Virus record (IMG/VR): IMGVR_UViG_3300032318_000487
Span: 1 to 64,000 of that record
Direction: 5' to 3' (one strand)
DNA length: 64,000 nt
Source: a virus
Lineage: Duplodnaviria > Caudoviricetes
Shown: positions 9,401 to 17,964 of the stretch, piece after piece
Numbering within the stretch: position 1 is the first letter of the stretch
How the letters are laid out: every line of letters begins with the position of its first letter
Program-made: the position numbers and the translations under genes
The notes under the pieces: generated by a model
Seen by the model: the letters and a program-made list of their open reading frames with translations, nothing else
What the model was told of the DNA's origin: nothing
The model's database searches: none

Positions 9401-12400
9401 TAACTCATCTGTTGTTGGTACGTCAACATTTCCCTGTGTTGATGGATCAGCAATTATCTTTGCTGGACCTCTATCAGCAGATATTGTTGTAGCTCTTGGA
9501 GAAACATATGCTTGCATGTTTCTCTTTTCAATTTCACTTTGTTTCCATTCTTTTGATGACTGGGATGATACAGGCGTTCTGACGAACTTTCTTACCATCT
9601 TATACACTTCATTAAACTTACCTAAAACTTTGTCAACAATATCTTGAGATGCACTTCTTAGATCATAACTGTTGTCAACTTCGATGAAGTTCTTTTCACC
9701 AAACATTTTCTTAAGTGTTGGTCTGGCTCTCTGTGCATCCATCCACTTTTCTAGTCTGATGTCTTCTGGTACTTCTCGACCACCGATCTTACCTCTCTGT
9801 ACATTTCTTTCTTTTGAAACTTCATTTGAGGTATTAACAAAAACAAGCATAGACTTATAACCTAAGTCTTCTAGTTCTTTCTTGATGGTTGCAATCTTTT
9901 CAGAATCATCACCAGTGCCATTGATAATGACACCTCTTCTTCCAACAAGTGCTAGTCTCTGACGTTCTTTGGTCATTGCTTTTGCACGACCTCTAACGAT
10001 GTCTCTTTGCATCCTCTCAGACTCTGGCATCTTGAAGTCAAGACCAGCTTTCTGCATTAGAAATTCAAATGCAACATCTGAGTTTACTTCTTGTAAACCA
10101 TGACCATCAAGAGTTTGCTTCATGACGTAATCTTTGCCTGATCCTGGACCACCAGCTAAGAATACAGCAACGAATGTTGAAGGATCATTAATGCCCTCAT
10201 TTAGATCATATGACTCGACAACATAACCTGACTTGAACGCAACTGGATTCTCTTTCGCAAACCAGCGCATGATCTTTCCAGCTTCAGAGTTTGCTTCATT
10301 TTCAATATCTGATCCTGTTGCACCTTCTTGTTCAATGTTTTTACCAAGTCTTCCATCTTCATTCTGCTTGTGATGAACAAGCTCATGTGCAACTGATCTG
10401 AATATGTCCATAGGATGTCTATTCTTAGTTACAACAATCACATGCTTTTCAGATGGACTGTATGCTGCGAAAGAAGATGACATCTCATCTTTCTTTAGTT
10501 CATGAGTTGGTAAAGACTTAACACCTAGTTTGTTAGATGCAAACTTGATGAATGTGTCAAGCATCGGTCCAAACTTTTCATGATTGAGTTCAGTATCACT
10601 ATTAAATTCTTCTCTGACGAGTTTGATATTTCCAGAATCAATACCGTCCTTAACTCTCTTCATTGTAGACTTAGCTTCACTTCTTGTGAAAGATGGACCT
10701 AGATGACGATGAAACTCATCTAAATTACCTTCACTTGCTGCTCTACGCATTTTTGTTCCAGACATGCCATGTGATCTGTCTGTATCTTCTGGGTAGTGAA
10801 GATGAACTGAATCAAACTTCTTGCCTTCCATCTCTTTGATCTTATCAGCTTCAAGAGCTTTCTTAAGAGACTCAGCAAAACCTTTACGATCATGACCTAC
10901 AAGAATATGAAGATGTCTTCTTCCTTCTGGCAATGAGTCAAATGCTCGTCTAATTGTTTCACCAGCACCCTTTACAACATGAACTGACTGCTCACCCTTG
11001 CCCCACTGTCTATTAAGAATCTCACCTCTTTCTTCAGGTGAGAAAGCTTCAGCTTTACTTGAAATGCCGATGTGCTTTTTACCAGGAAGTTTCTTGAGAG
11101 CACCACCCAAATCTTGTGCATGACCCATGTGTGAGAATGGTGAGAAACCGACAAGAGGAACAACTGATGCATGATGACCCTCTGCATTTTCAGTTTCTTC
11201 GTTCATGTCGTCTTTGACACCGAGTGTCTTTCTAAGATGTTCTAGTGCAGGACCATTATCAGCTTTGACAGACTTTAGACCTGACTTGAACTTATCATAA
11301 ATTTCTTGATGTCTTTCTTTTGGAATATGTTTTTTAATGAGGTGTGAAACACCTAAGAACGAATGTATGTGTGAGTGATCTGCATCATCACCAAAAAGTC
11401 TTCTTGATACTTCTTCTGGTTCTTTTGTTCCCTTATCACTTTCATCTGTTCTTGATCTTAGACCATGTGTGATAGAGAACTTGTGAGTATCACCACCAGT
11501 AGCATTTAACAGAATCTTGTGATGCGCTCCCTTGATACCAGCTTTTGTATCTTCCCAATCTGAACTGTGTAGAAACTGTGATGCTTTGGTTGGTTCATCA
11601 CCTTCATAGTCTGTACCTTCAAAGTCAAACTGATGATGTTCACCATTCTCATGTCTCATTACAGCAGAGTTTTCATTACCATGCTTCTTCATACCAACAA
11701 CAGTATACTTACCAAACTTTCTACCTGGCTTCATTGTTGAAGAGAGCTTGTCTTTATGATCGTGTGCAACTTGCACGTCGAAATCGCCAACGGTTGGCTT
11801 GTGCTTCTTAAACTCATCATCACCAATCTTGTCATCCATAAACTGACGAGTTGAACCACCAAAAATAGAACCTGATCTTAGACCCCTCTGATTCTTACCA
11901 AACAGATGTTCACCATGTTCTTGATGAAACGCATGATGAATATCACTCAATGCTTCTCTAGCATCGTCTTTCTGTTGTGATCTCTGTGAGACTTTAAATG
12001 GTGCTGCTGAAACTTCTCCCTCAGGTGTTTTGACTTTGATGTTACCACCTTCTCTGAGAAGAGACATCTCAGCAAGAGTTCTTTTCTTGAACTTCTCTTT
12101 GTTTGTTGGATCAGCTTTGTATGCTCTGAATGTGTCAGAAGTAATCTTAAATCTTGGTGCATCAGGATTCTTCTCAGATGGATGAACTACTGCACCTTCT
12201 GTGCCAGATCCAAACTTAGGTCTAATGCCAAGTGACTTCACATGCTCATCTACTTTGTCAGAAATAGACTTTCTGATATTGTCTAACTTTGCTTCTTCAG
12301 CTTGCTTTGCTTCTTTGTTTTTTGGTGTTGTTCTTGATCTAAGAAGTTCATGATCAATAGTGTTAAGTCTAGAAGAATGTTCACTTACGTCTACATGAGA

Positions 12401-13018
12401 TGGCTTATGTTCGATCTTGTCATCATCGAAGTTTATCTCATCATCAGAAAGATTTTTCTTGAAGTGTTCAACATCATGTGATTGATTCTCAGGAAGCTTT
12501 GTGTGAATAACAATCTTACCTCTTTTGCCCCATGATGATGGATTGTAAGATGTTCCAACTAACTTGACTTCACCTTCTTTATCTTCTGATGGTCTTGATA
12601 GCTTTCTAGAGAATAACTCACCTCTTAGCTGAGTCTCACCACCTTGTCTTTGTGCATGTGATCTTAGATGACTTACCAGTTTCTCATTTTTCTGAAGTGC
12701 TTCATGTGCATCTGCAAAAGCCTTAGCTCCAGTATATTCAGGTTCTTTACCTGTCTCTTCTGCACGTCTTCTGACTCTTTCTGTATAGTCTTCTGGCTTT
12801 CGCATCTTCTCTTTGCCAGATCCAGAAGATTGTGTATAGAAACCTTCTTGATCATGACCAACCATGAAAGTTGAGCCATCAGTCTTTTCAGTTACGTGAT
12901 GAAGATGTACTCTGCCACCCTTTGTCAGATTCTTGATCTGATCATATGACATTGCAGAAATGTGAGGAAGACCTTGACGAATAGATTCTGCAAGATAAGA
13001 CTTAAACTTGTTCAGCAT
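6410..13018 (-). CDS. 2202-aa multi-enzyme polyprotein: ligase-like NTase, pol-beta-like NTase, HIGH-family cytidylyltransferase-like, HExxH zincin, P-loop kinase, small conserved phage modules, lytic-transglycosylase-like domain
   Basis: EKTDG/RGELF/EGAVV/RFK; GS..GDFD..QFDF; FSPFSHMGH/GMSGTKMR; AHELVHHKQ; GGPGSGKD; GVESG..ASGAYAFTNSTW; C-terminal DWQKVNR...LRRWNC. Confidence 0.8.
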   Translation of the reverse strand: MLNKFKSYLAESIRQGLPHISAMSYDQIKNLTKGGRVHLHHVTEKTDGSTFMVGHDQEGFYTQSSGSGKEKMRKPEDYTERVRRRAEETGKEPEYTGAKAFADAHEALQKNEKLVSHLRSHAQRQGGETQLRGELFSRKLSRPSEDKEGEVKLVGTSYNPSSWGKRGKIVIHTKLPENQSHDVEHFKKNLSDDEINFDDDKIEHKPSHVDVSEHSSRLNTIDHELLRSRTTPKNKEAKQAEEAKLDNIRKSISDKVDEHVKSLGIRPKFGSGTEGAVVHPSEKNPDAPRFKITSDTFRAYKADPTNKEKFKKRTLAEMSLLREGGNIKVKTPEGEVSAAPFKVSQRSQQKDDAREALSDIHHAFHQEHGEHLFGKNQRGLRSGSIFGGSTRQFMDDKIGDDEFKKHKPTVGDFDVQVAHDHKDKLSSTMKPGRKFGKYTVVGMKKHGNENSAVMRHENGEHHQFDFEGTDYEGDEPTKASQFLHSSDWEDTKAGIKGAHHKILLNATGGDTHKFSITHGLRSRTDESDKGTKEPEEVSRRLFGDDADHSHIHSFLGVSHLIKKHIPKERHQEIYDKFKSGLKSVKADNGPALEHLRKTLGVKDDMNEETENAEGHHASVVPLVGFSPFSHMGHAQDLGGALKKLPGKKHIGISSKAEAFSPEERGEILNRQWGKGEQSVHVVKGAGETIRRAFDSLPEGRRHLHILVGHDRKGFAESLKKALEADKIKEMEGKKFDSVHLHYPEDTDRSHGMSGTKMRRAASEGNLDEFHRHLGPSFTRSEAKSTMKRVKDGIDSGNIKLVREEFNSDTELNHEKFGPMLDTFIKFASNKLGVKSLPTHELKKDEMSSSFAAYSPSEKHVIVVTKNRHPMDIFRSVAHELVHHKQNEDGRLGKNIEQEGATGSDIENEANSEAGKIMRWFAKENPVAFKSGYVVESYDLNEGINDPSTFVAVFLAGGPGSGKDYVMKQTLDGHGLQEVNSDVAFEFLMQKAGLDFKMPESERMQRDIVRGRAKAMTKERQRLALVGRRGVIINGTGDDSEKIATIKKELEDLGYKSMLVFVNTSNEVSKERNVQRGKIGGREVPEDIRLEKWMDAQRARPTLKKMFGEKNFIEVDNSYDLRSASQDIVDKVLGKFNEVYKMVRKFVRTPVSSQSSKEWKQSEIEKRNMQAYVSPRATTISADRGPAKIIADPSTQGNVDVPTTDELNLARRMGLSYYGFGRYGRSINGKHTVTHVSQDGKIVPKQNTLNEDLRKWFKEKWVRFDTKGNIKGDCAREPGEGKPKCRPLASAVAMGKEARAKAARRKRREDPVANREGKGNKPVFVKTNEETLLEKNMPTNPSLWSKAKSMAKQKFDVYPSAYANGWAAKWYKSKGGGWKSVSESVVDEACWDGYKRVGMKKKGNRMVPNCVKVDESTNTPSDREWGTNSLAKIYRDATPGQNFPENPLFEKKKMKLKKMKEDNNLPVGGLPVSDGVGPMFTRARSPAYMGYTADIQESIIEWASQEHVIERYINKYGADAERKLLETMTSLNESFFEEHEKGPKYFTHLRESWDSIYGGRDMGTVHNSSSKEEMSEQGSFGSAFTSAREAGNREFEWRGKKYTSLKKGETELPSSQRRVEPKSEPMTRGPRTPEMITKSDDRNKQEPAPMSRGPKTPEMVTKSDDRNRMSTSDQQDVDAEKVRRETGAAAASAIRSADPVISRKKDTDPEMYKALTEPKGKANIFTGSRHGDEGIDEDWQKVNRRENTAMTEKKSLKEQSAANFDRDWSRIQRGFRGVESGTPEGNYSIPKPRGIKGTASGAYAFTNSTWRQQLRQQGRMDDLKKYPNAYKAPPELQDDVMRTKTRSNYIKQGGDENPEALRRAMNIHYTGNAEGRMTRKQLETNRGTTSDKYWTKFQRNMGTPTADNSQSATSATRTSSSSDVAKRLSAAPPPVARPKDLDVAAKPTTTATPAPKPEVPKVPEAPKTEVPKSSTSGAVIADPNKDFGDQVGAWMQNWVDGQMRARQQRQQSATSRAPSARTNSSSSGGALSPEPTKKPQGSDMTLGSQRTLRAPEPKVDNSAQQARDTAEVILQTGRAANAAVSDSPFMRKFYKDNPEAKPPEGNIFTGSRYGNQGIDEDWQKVNRQDKTDGLSQKAVNAYRRENPGSKLSTAVTEKNPTGKRAKRRLSFCRRMGGVKGPMRDEKGRPTPKAKALRRWNCEE
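6641..6706 (-). repeat. 22-aa internal duplication, copy B (NIFTGSRYGNQGIDEDWQKVNR)
   Basis: Matches 7790-7855 at protein and DNA level. Confidence 0.9.
7790..7855 (-). repeat. 22-aa internal duplication, copy A (NIFTGSRHGDEGIDEDWQKVNR)
   Basis: Matches 6641-6706. Confidence 0.9.
8021..8149 (-). repeat. Tandem 19-aa repeat with 72-nt period (PMTRGPRTPEMITKSDDRN / PMSRGPKTPEMVTKSDDRN)
   Basis: Seen directly in the translation and DNA. Confidence 0.9.
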
Positions 13019-13084
13019 TGAAACGAAAACCCTCTATAGGTTAATTTAAATGTATTTATTGATTCGTTGTTCTCGTGTGTGACT

Positions 13085-13522
13085 TTACGTCACAATTTTG
13101 TCAAGATGTTTCTTGAGATCAAACATCTTCTTGAATTCGTTTTTGTTTGATTTGAACCAGTTCATGACAATAGTTCTTTGTTTGATTCGACGTGTTCTGG
13201 TATCTGCTCTCTTTGATTGCTCAATTGAAAGACTCAAACTTCTATCAACAAAGATTAAAAGTTCTTGAACAAGTTTAACATTGTCAACATTGTTCGAATT
13301 GTGTTTGCTGAGAAAATCTAGAATATACTTTTTGTATGTTTCCATAGTTCGAAGTTGACCCAGTGTTCTCTCTGAGATACTTTGATATATCTTAATGGCA
13401 GAATCAATAGCTGAACGATCTTTTTCATCGTTCAGCATATCGATCATTGTGTTTCTAAACTCTGTTGACTTCATAAACAGAAGATCAACAGAGTCAACAT
13501 TCTTCATTTTTGATTGTGACAT
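13085..13522 (-). CDS. Hypothetical protein
   Basis: 145-aa ORF, helical character, no recognised motif. Confidence 0.6.
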   Translation of the reverse strand: MSQSKMKNVDSVDLLFMKSTEFRNTMIDMLNDEKDRSAIDSAIKIYQSISERTLGQLRTMETYKKYILDFLSKHNSNNVDNVKLVQELLIFVDRSLSLSIEQSKRADTRTRRIKQRTIVMNWFKSNKNEFKKMFDLKKHLDKIVT

Positions 13523-13525
13523 TTT

Positions 13526-15037
13526 TTAGTCTTTAACTCTCATTCTAAGAGCTAATCCTTTACCACCATGCTTAGAACCAGATACTTCAGGAACTTTAAG
13601 TTGACCATGCTCATGTAAATGGTTTATATACTCATCAGCAGACATAATCTTTGCTGATTTGTTTGCTTTTCCTTTTTTCTTTGAAGCAACGCCTTGAACA
13701 AGAATTGTATCTGCTCTACCTTCTGTTCCTTCAAACTTGTGTTCACCAGTGATACCTGCTTTCCAAACTTTTCTTGTAAATGAGGTCTTTCTTTTTAGAC
13801 CATCAAGTCTCTTATGAAGATCATTCAGTTTAGCAGATGCCTCAGCACTTTCACTTCGTTCCATGTGACCAGCAATTTCTTCTCTCATCTGATGGGCTCT
13901 TTTATGTGAAATGCGATCTGCTGAACTATCATCTTTTTCACCATAATGTTTATCGATTGCGTGAGCGTAAAGAACGTTAAATCCTTTAGCATCTGGTGAT
14001 TCGATCTGAGAACCTCCACCCTTCTTGACTGAAACTCCTGTTTGTGTCTCATTATCCATATCTTCAGGTTTTTCGGTTTGTCTGTTAAAGATTCTAACGC
14101 CTTTCTTCTCACTTGGCTTAGTTGTGCCTCTTCTTCTAAGAGTTATAACATCTGACTTATATGTTGCAGATGAAGTTCCATCTTTCATACCAAATCTTTT
14201 TGCATTGGCATTCAGTTTAGCCTTCTTTGCTCCAGTTGGAACCATTTCAAAATCATCATCATAAGCTTTTTTAAACTCTTTTCTTTTCATTAGAGCTGCA
14301 AAACTCAATGCTGAGTTTCTCATATTTTCATGATATGAACTTCTTGATCTTTCTCTAACATGATCACTTACATTTGGATCATCATGTCCGTGGATGTTAT
14401 GCACAAACTCTGTTTTGTTTCTTTTGCTTACATGAAGTGGATGATTCTCATCACTTTCAGCTTTCTCAAGATGTCCATGAATGTAGTTTACAATATGATC
14501 GTGGGCATCATCACCGTGTGTGTCTACTAGACGCTTGATGTTGTCACGATGTTTTGCATAACCATGATTTTGTGTAAAGTGATTCCAAATATTTTTAAGT
14601 GCATGTTCATCATTATGTTTACCAGTATCTTTTGTCTCTACAGTTACAGAAGAAATTGGATGCAACTCTGTTTTACCATCTGATGTTCTGAATTCATGAT
14701 GAATGATCTTCTTGCCTTTCACAGTTTTTTGAACGGGTTTTGTTGCTGTTGGAATAAGTTTTCTACCATCTTTGTGTGTGAACGCAGAGTTGACAAAATC
14801 TGCTTGTGATGGTTTTTTCTTAAGAGACCACTTTGATCCTCTTCCTGGTGTTGCTTGACCACCTTTGCCATTGATCTCATTTGATATTTTGTCTTCATCA
14901 TCTCCGAAATATCTAGCAGCATGTGTTGCTTTATTTTCAATCTTCTTGTTTTCGAAAATGAATTCATTATCAATCTTTAAGTTTTTGTAATAAGCCATCT
15001 CTTTGATTAGAGAAGTTAACTTCTTAGTGTCAATCAT
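13526..15037 (-). CDS. His/Lys-rich hypothetical late protein (possible PD-(D/E)xK-like motif)
   Basis: ORF 13526..15070, likely start MIDTKK at 15037. Upstream CATAAATA late-promoter-like motif; SDVITL...GVSVKK segment. Confidence 0.55.
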   Translation of the reverse strand: MIDTKKLTSLIKEMAYYKNLKIDNEFIFENKKIENKATHAARYFGDDEDKISNEINGKGGQATPGRGSKWSLKKKPSQADFVNSAFTHKDGRKLIPTATKPVQKTVKGKKIIHHEFRTSDGKTELHPISSVTVETKDTGKHNDEHALKNIWNHFTQNHGYAKHRDNIKRLVDTHGDDAHDHIVNYIHGHLEKAESDENHPLHVSKRNKTEFVHNIHGHDDPNVSDHVRERSRSSYHENMRNSALSFAALMKRKEFKKAYDDDFEMVPTGAKKAKLNANAKRFGMKDGTSSATYKSDVITLRRRGTTKPSEKKGVRIFNRQTEKPEDMDNETQTGVSVKKGGGSQIESPDAKGFNVLYAHAIDKHYGEKDDSSADRISHKRAHQMREEIAGHMERSESAEASAKLNDLHKRLDGLKRKTSFTRKVWKAGITGEHKFEGTEGRADTILVQGVASKKKGKANKSAKIMSADEYINHLHEHGQLKVPEVSGSKHGGKGLALRMRVKD

Positions 15038-15091
15038 TATTCTTAACTCCAACTTCTGCGTAGGAAACAAATTCAGAAGTATTTATGAAAT

Positions 15092-15123
15092 AAAAAAACC
15101 CTCTAGAATTAACTAGAGGGTTT
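15092..15123 (-). terminator. Intrinsic terminator
   Basis: AAACCCTCTAG-AATTAA-CTAGAGGGTTT stem, followed by a U-run on the minus strand. Confidence 0.8.
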
Positions 15124-15520
15124 CGCATATGTCAGGCTTTGTGGTATATATTACTTTCTTGATTCCAAACTCAACTATTGCTCTGCTACATCCTTCACAT
15201 GGTTTTGCCAGTGCCCATTCATAAGGCTTGTTTGACTCTGGCTTTTTCACTCTGCATATGTACAGAACACAATCTTTGAGATCATCAACTGAAACTTCTC
15301 TTAGTGCGTTCTTTATTGCGTGTATCTCAGCATGAAGGTATATTGCTTCTTTGTTTTTACCAAATCTAGCTTGAAGAGGATCGGTTTTCATTCTGTTTAT
15401 ACCGATCGAAACGATCTTATTGTTTCTCACAATAGCGGCGGCAAGCCGCGCCCTCGGGTATTCATCATTTGCTTCGGCAACTTTTGACAGAGTGTTGATT
15501 ACGTTCTTGCTTATCTTCAT
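15113..15520 (-). CDS. Cytidine/dCMP deaminase-superfamily protein
   Basis: HAEIHAI...PCEGC zinc-deaminase motifs; likely start MKISK at 15520. Confidence 0.85.
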   Translation of the reverse strand: MKISKNVINTLSKVAEANDEYPRARLAAAIVRNNKIVSIGINRMKTDPLQARFGKNKEAIYLHAEIHAIKNALREVSVDDLKDCVLYICRVKKPESNKPYEWALAKPCEGCSRAIVEFGIKKVIYTTKPDICETL

Positions 15521-15939
15521 GCTGCACTCTTTTTGACCGAGAGAATATGACGACAAGACTTTCTGAAACCGAAACCAACACACGTACAAGAAAAATGACC
15601 TCTATCATTTACCACAGTATAGAAGCCACCCTTTCTACTATCAGATTTAACTTGCCATGTCTGTGTCTCAACAACACGCTTTTCAGTCTTGTCGGCTACA
15701 GAACCGTCTTCGAATACGATTCCAGTAACACGATCAAGATGAACATTGCGTATGGGGAAAACAGAATCCCCAGTAGTAATGCAAAAGGATTCTGGATCAT
15801 GATGCTTCGCATTTGGTACTACCTTTCCACTGTAGGTACGAATCCGTACCGCAGATTGATCAAACGGTTTGAGATAGTCTGTCCAGTCCGTAGTGACTGT
15901 CACGACTGATCCGACTTTCGGTGCTTTGAACTGGTACTT
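15517..15939 (-). CDS. SWIM zinc-finger protein
   Basis: C-terminal FSCTCVGFGFRKSCRHI (CxC...CxH). Confidence 0.75.
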   Translation of the reverse strand, partial: KYQFKAPKVGSVVTVTTDWTDYLKPFDQSAVRIRTYSGKVVPNAKHHDPESFCITTGDSVFPIRNVHLDRVTGIVFEDGSVADKTEKRVVETQTWQVKSDSRKGGFYTVVNDRGHFSCTCVGFGFRKSCRHILSVKKSAA

Positions 15940-15984
15940 CATTCTTAGATTATATTGCATTTATCCAAAAAACACAAACAAAAA

Positions 15985-16007
15985 AGGTGCGACAAAATGT
16001 CGCACCT
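15985..16007. repeat. GTGCGACA-N3-TGTCGCAC palindrome / terminator, copy 1 of 3
   Basis: AGGTGCGACA-AAA-TGTCGCACCT followed by a T-run on the minus strand. Confidence 0.85.
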
Positions 16008-16043
16008 GTGTACTGCTAAGAACAAGTTATTCTATACTTAAGC

Positions 16044-16487
16044 TTAAGTCTTCTGACCTGCGGTTGCCTTAAGCATCCAGCGATGCTTCTTATGCGCTGT
16101 AATACGATCTTGAAGATAGTTTGAAAGACCAAACTCTTTTGCCGCTTCAGCCATCTCATAAGCAACTGTGACTGTTTCCAGAACAGCATCATTATCTGCG
16201 ATTAGATTGGTAATCATCTTGGGTGCTAGAGGAATTGTTTCAGACTCTTCCAGAGTTGATAGTTCGATCATTCTAGAAACAGAGTTTGGTGCAAATGCAT
16301 CTAGCTGACGAATATGTTCTCCCAAAGCATCTACCGCACCATCAAGTTCACCATATAGATCGCCAAAGAAGTCATGATACTGAGGGAAGTCCGGCCCGAT
16401 TACGTTCCAATGATATCCCTGTACCTTCATCTTCATGATAAAAGTATCTGCTAAACATTGCTTAAGTTGACTGATTAGATTTTCCAT
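16044..16487 (-). CDS. dps: Dps / ferritin-like DNA-protecting protein
   Basis: HWNVIGPDFPQYHDFFGDLYGEL..VDALGEHIRQL and H..HRWML ferroxidase-centre motifs. Confidence 0.92.
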   Translation of the reverse strand: MENLISQLKQCLADTFIMKMKVQGYHWNVIGPDFPQYHDFFGDLYGELDGAVDALGEHIRQLDAFAPNSVSRMIELSTLEESETIPLAPKMITNLIADNDAVLETVTVAYEMAEAAKEFGLSNYLQDRITAHKKHRWMLKATAGQKT

Positions 16488-16713
16488 TTTTATCTCCGAA
16501 AGATTCTAAAGTTTCATCCATATTTATTGTTGCTGATTTCCATTTGCCTATAGGACACTCGGCATCTAGTACATGAGTCTTACCATCCATGAAACATCCA
16601 CACTTATCACATCTATTGAAAGACTTTAGATGTTCACACTGTTTGCAGATTTCCATTCTTTGGTCTGCAATCTTTCTTCTTCTCGTCCAGAATGTATCAA
16701 GAATTGCAGGCAT
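16462..16713 (-). CDS. Small Cys-rich protein (DUF6171-like)
   Basis: RMEICKQCEHL...CDKCGCFM..K....AECPIGKW. Confidence 0.7.
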   Translation of the reverse strand: MPAILDTFWTRRRKIADQRMEICKQCEHLKSFNRCDKCGCFMDGKTHVLDAECPIGKWKSATINMDETLESFGDKNGKSNQST

Positions 16714-16714
16714 A

Positions 16715-17191
16715 TCAGTTTGATAAGATTTCTTTTAAACGATCAGCAGCATATGAAGCTGAGAACGCTTCTGGCTTTACTTTTGGAGAGAAGCCACACA
16801 TACCACGAATATAACCAGTTGCTTGCTGAATCACACAAGAGCTACCATGCATCTCATTAGGATTGATATCTAGATGAACTTCACAATGACGATCACCAAC
16901 AGCATCAATCAAATCAAGATACATTTGAGCCGCACGATATACTTCATTCATCAAACGTGTAGCAGGCCTATCGTGTCTATTATCATAGTCACGTTCAGTG
17001 TCTACTTTTCCGAATACTTTACACCCACGAGAAGAATCCATATGCACGACAATAGCAACAGTGTAGTCAGCATACCAGAGGTCATCCCTACCACGATAGC
17101 GTTCACTATCTGCTCCAATATAGATTGATGTGGTATCTGAAGTGTTGCTAATGAACTCTTTGACTTCATCAAGATTGAACTTTTCTTTCAT
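16715..17191 (-). CDS. RNase H-like YkuK (DUF458) family protein
   Basis: IYIGADS, RLMNEVY, VHLDIN, KPEAFSASYAADR motifs. Confidence 0.85.
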   Translation of the reverse strand: MKEKFNLDEVKEFISNTSDTTSIYIGADSERYRGRDDLWYADYTVAIVVHMDSSRGCKVFGKVDTERDYDNRHDRPATRLMNEVYRAAQMYLDLIDAVGDRHCEVHLDINPNEMHGSSCVIQQATGYIRGMCGFSPKVKPEAFSASYAADRLKEILSN

Positions 17192-17333
17192 TGAACTTCT
17201 CTTTTACTTTATTGTAAATCCAACTCGGTGCCATACAAATAGCATAGATTGCCCATATGATGTATGTGATACAGATAAACAACATCAACGCTGATGCAAA
17301 TGATAGTCCGTAGAACATTATAACATTGTACAT
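17169..17333 (-). CDS. Small membrane protein (54 aa)
   Basis: Manual translation MYNVIMFYGLSFASALMLFICITYIIWAIYAIC...; hydrophobic, packed between genes. Confidence 0.5.
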   Translation of the reverse strand: MYNVIMFYGLSFASALMLFICITYIIWAIYAICMAPSWIYNKVKEKFNERKVQS

Positions 17334-17337
17334 ACTG

Positions 17338-17454
17338 TTAAACAAACAAGTGTAGTAAGATCAATGCTAAGATCGTTCCAGCAGTAATCGTACCAATGTA
17401 TCTTACAAGATCATATGCTGCTTCTGACTTTCTGAAAATTTGTGTTGGTCTCAT
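17338..17454 (-). CDS. Small membrane protein (38 aa)
   Basis: Manual translation MRPTQIFRKSEAAYDLVRYIGTITAGTILALILLHLFV. Confidence 0.45.
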   Translation of the reverse strand: MRPTQIFRKSEAAYDLVRYIGTITAGTILALILLHLFV

Positions 17455-17457
17455 ATC

Positions 17458-17676
17458 TTAGTCCTCAATTCTAGAGATGTCTTTTCTACCTGCTGTTATA
17501 TTTACTCTTGCCCTAATGTTTGCGTTTTCCCATGTCCAACATTCACCGGTATCATCTTGAAAGCATACCCACATAAGATCACTTTCAAGTCCATAGTCAA
17601 TCAAGAAATGTGCTACGGCTTTGCCTTTTGGTGTCATGAGAGGAATAGGTGGATCAATTCTTACAATTTGTGTCAT
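17458..17676 (-). CDS. Conserved phage hypothetical protein
   Basis: PPIPLMTPKGKAVAHFLIDYG.E.DLMWVCFQDDTGECWTW, a recurrent motif in large phages. Confidence 0.7.
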   Translation of the reverse strand: MTQIVRIDPPIPLMTPKGKAVAHFLIDYGLESDLMWVCFQDDTGECWTWENANIRARVNITAGRKDISRIED

Positions 17677-17789
17677 AGGAATTTTGCTGTTAAAAACAAA
17701 ACAAAAAGTGCAAAGATTGGCATCCAGAAAAGAACTAGACCAATCTTTGCAGATTCAATATATTGCTTAGTCTTCTCTTTACTACTCAT
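17673..17789 (-). CDS. Small membrane protein (38 aa)
   Basis: Manual translation MSSKEKTKQYIESAKIGLVLFWMPIFALFVLFLTAKFL; ATGA overlap with the next gene. Confidence 0.5.
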   Translation of the reverse strand: MSSKEKTKQYIESAKIGLVLFWMPIFALFVLFLTAKFL

Positions 17790-17792
17790 AGT

Positions 17793-17963
17793 TTAGTCTT
17801 CTTTTTCAACTTTTAATGCTTGCTTGATAAGCCATCGACAAGTAACAATATCATCTTGACTGACTGAATCTTTCATTAGAACATCATAAACACGTTTAAG
17901 AATGTCTTTCATCCACTCAGCGTCAGCATGAAGTAAAATATATTCTTGATTCTTTGCGTTCAT
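17793..17963 (-). CDS. Hypothetical protein (56 aa)
   Basis: Manual translation MNAKNQEYILLHADAEWMKDILKRVYDVLMKD...; fills the gap between neighbours. Confidence 0.5.
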   Translation of the reverse strand: MNAKNQEYILLHADAEWMKDILKRVYDVLMKDSVSQDDIVTCRWLIKQALKVEKED

Positions 17964-17964
17964 A

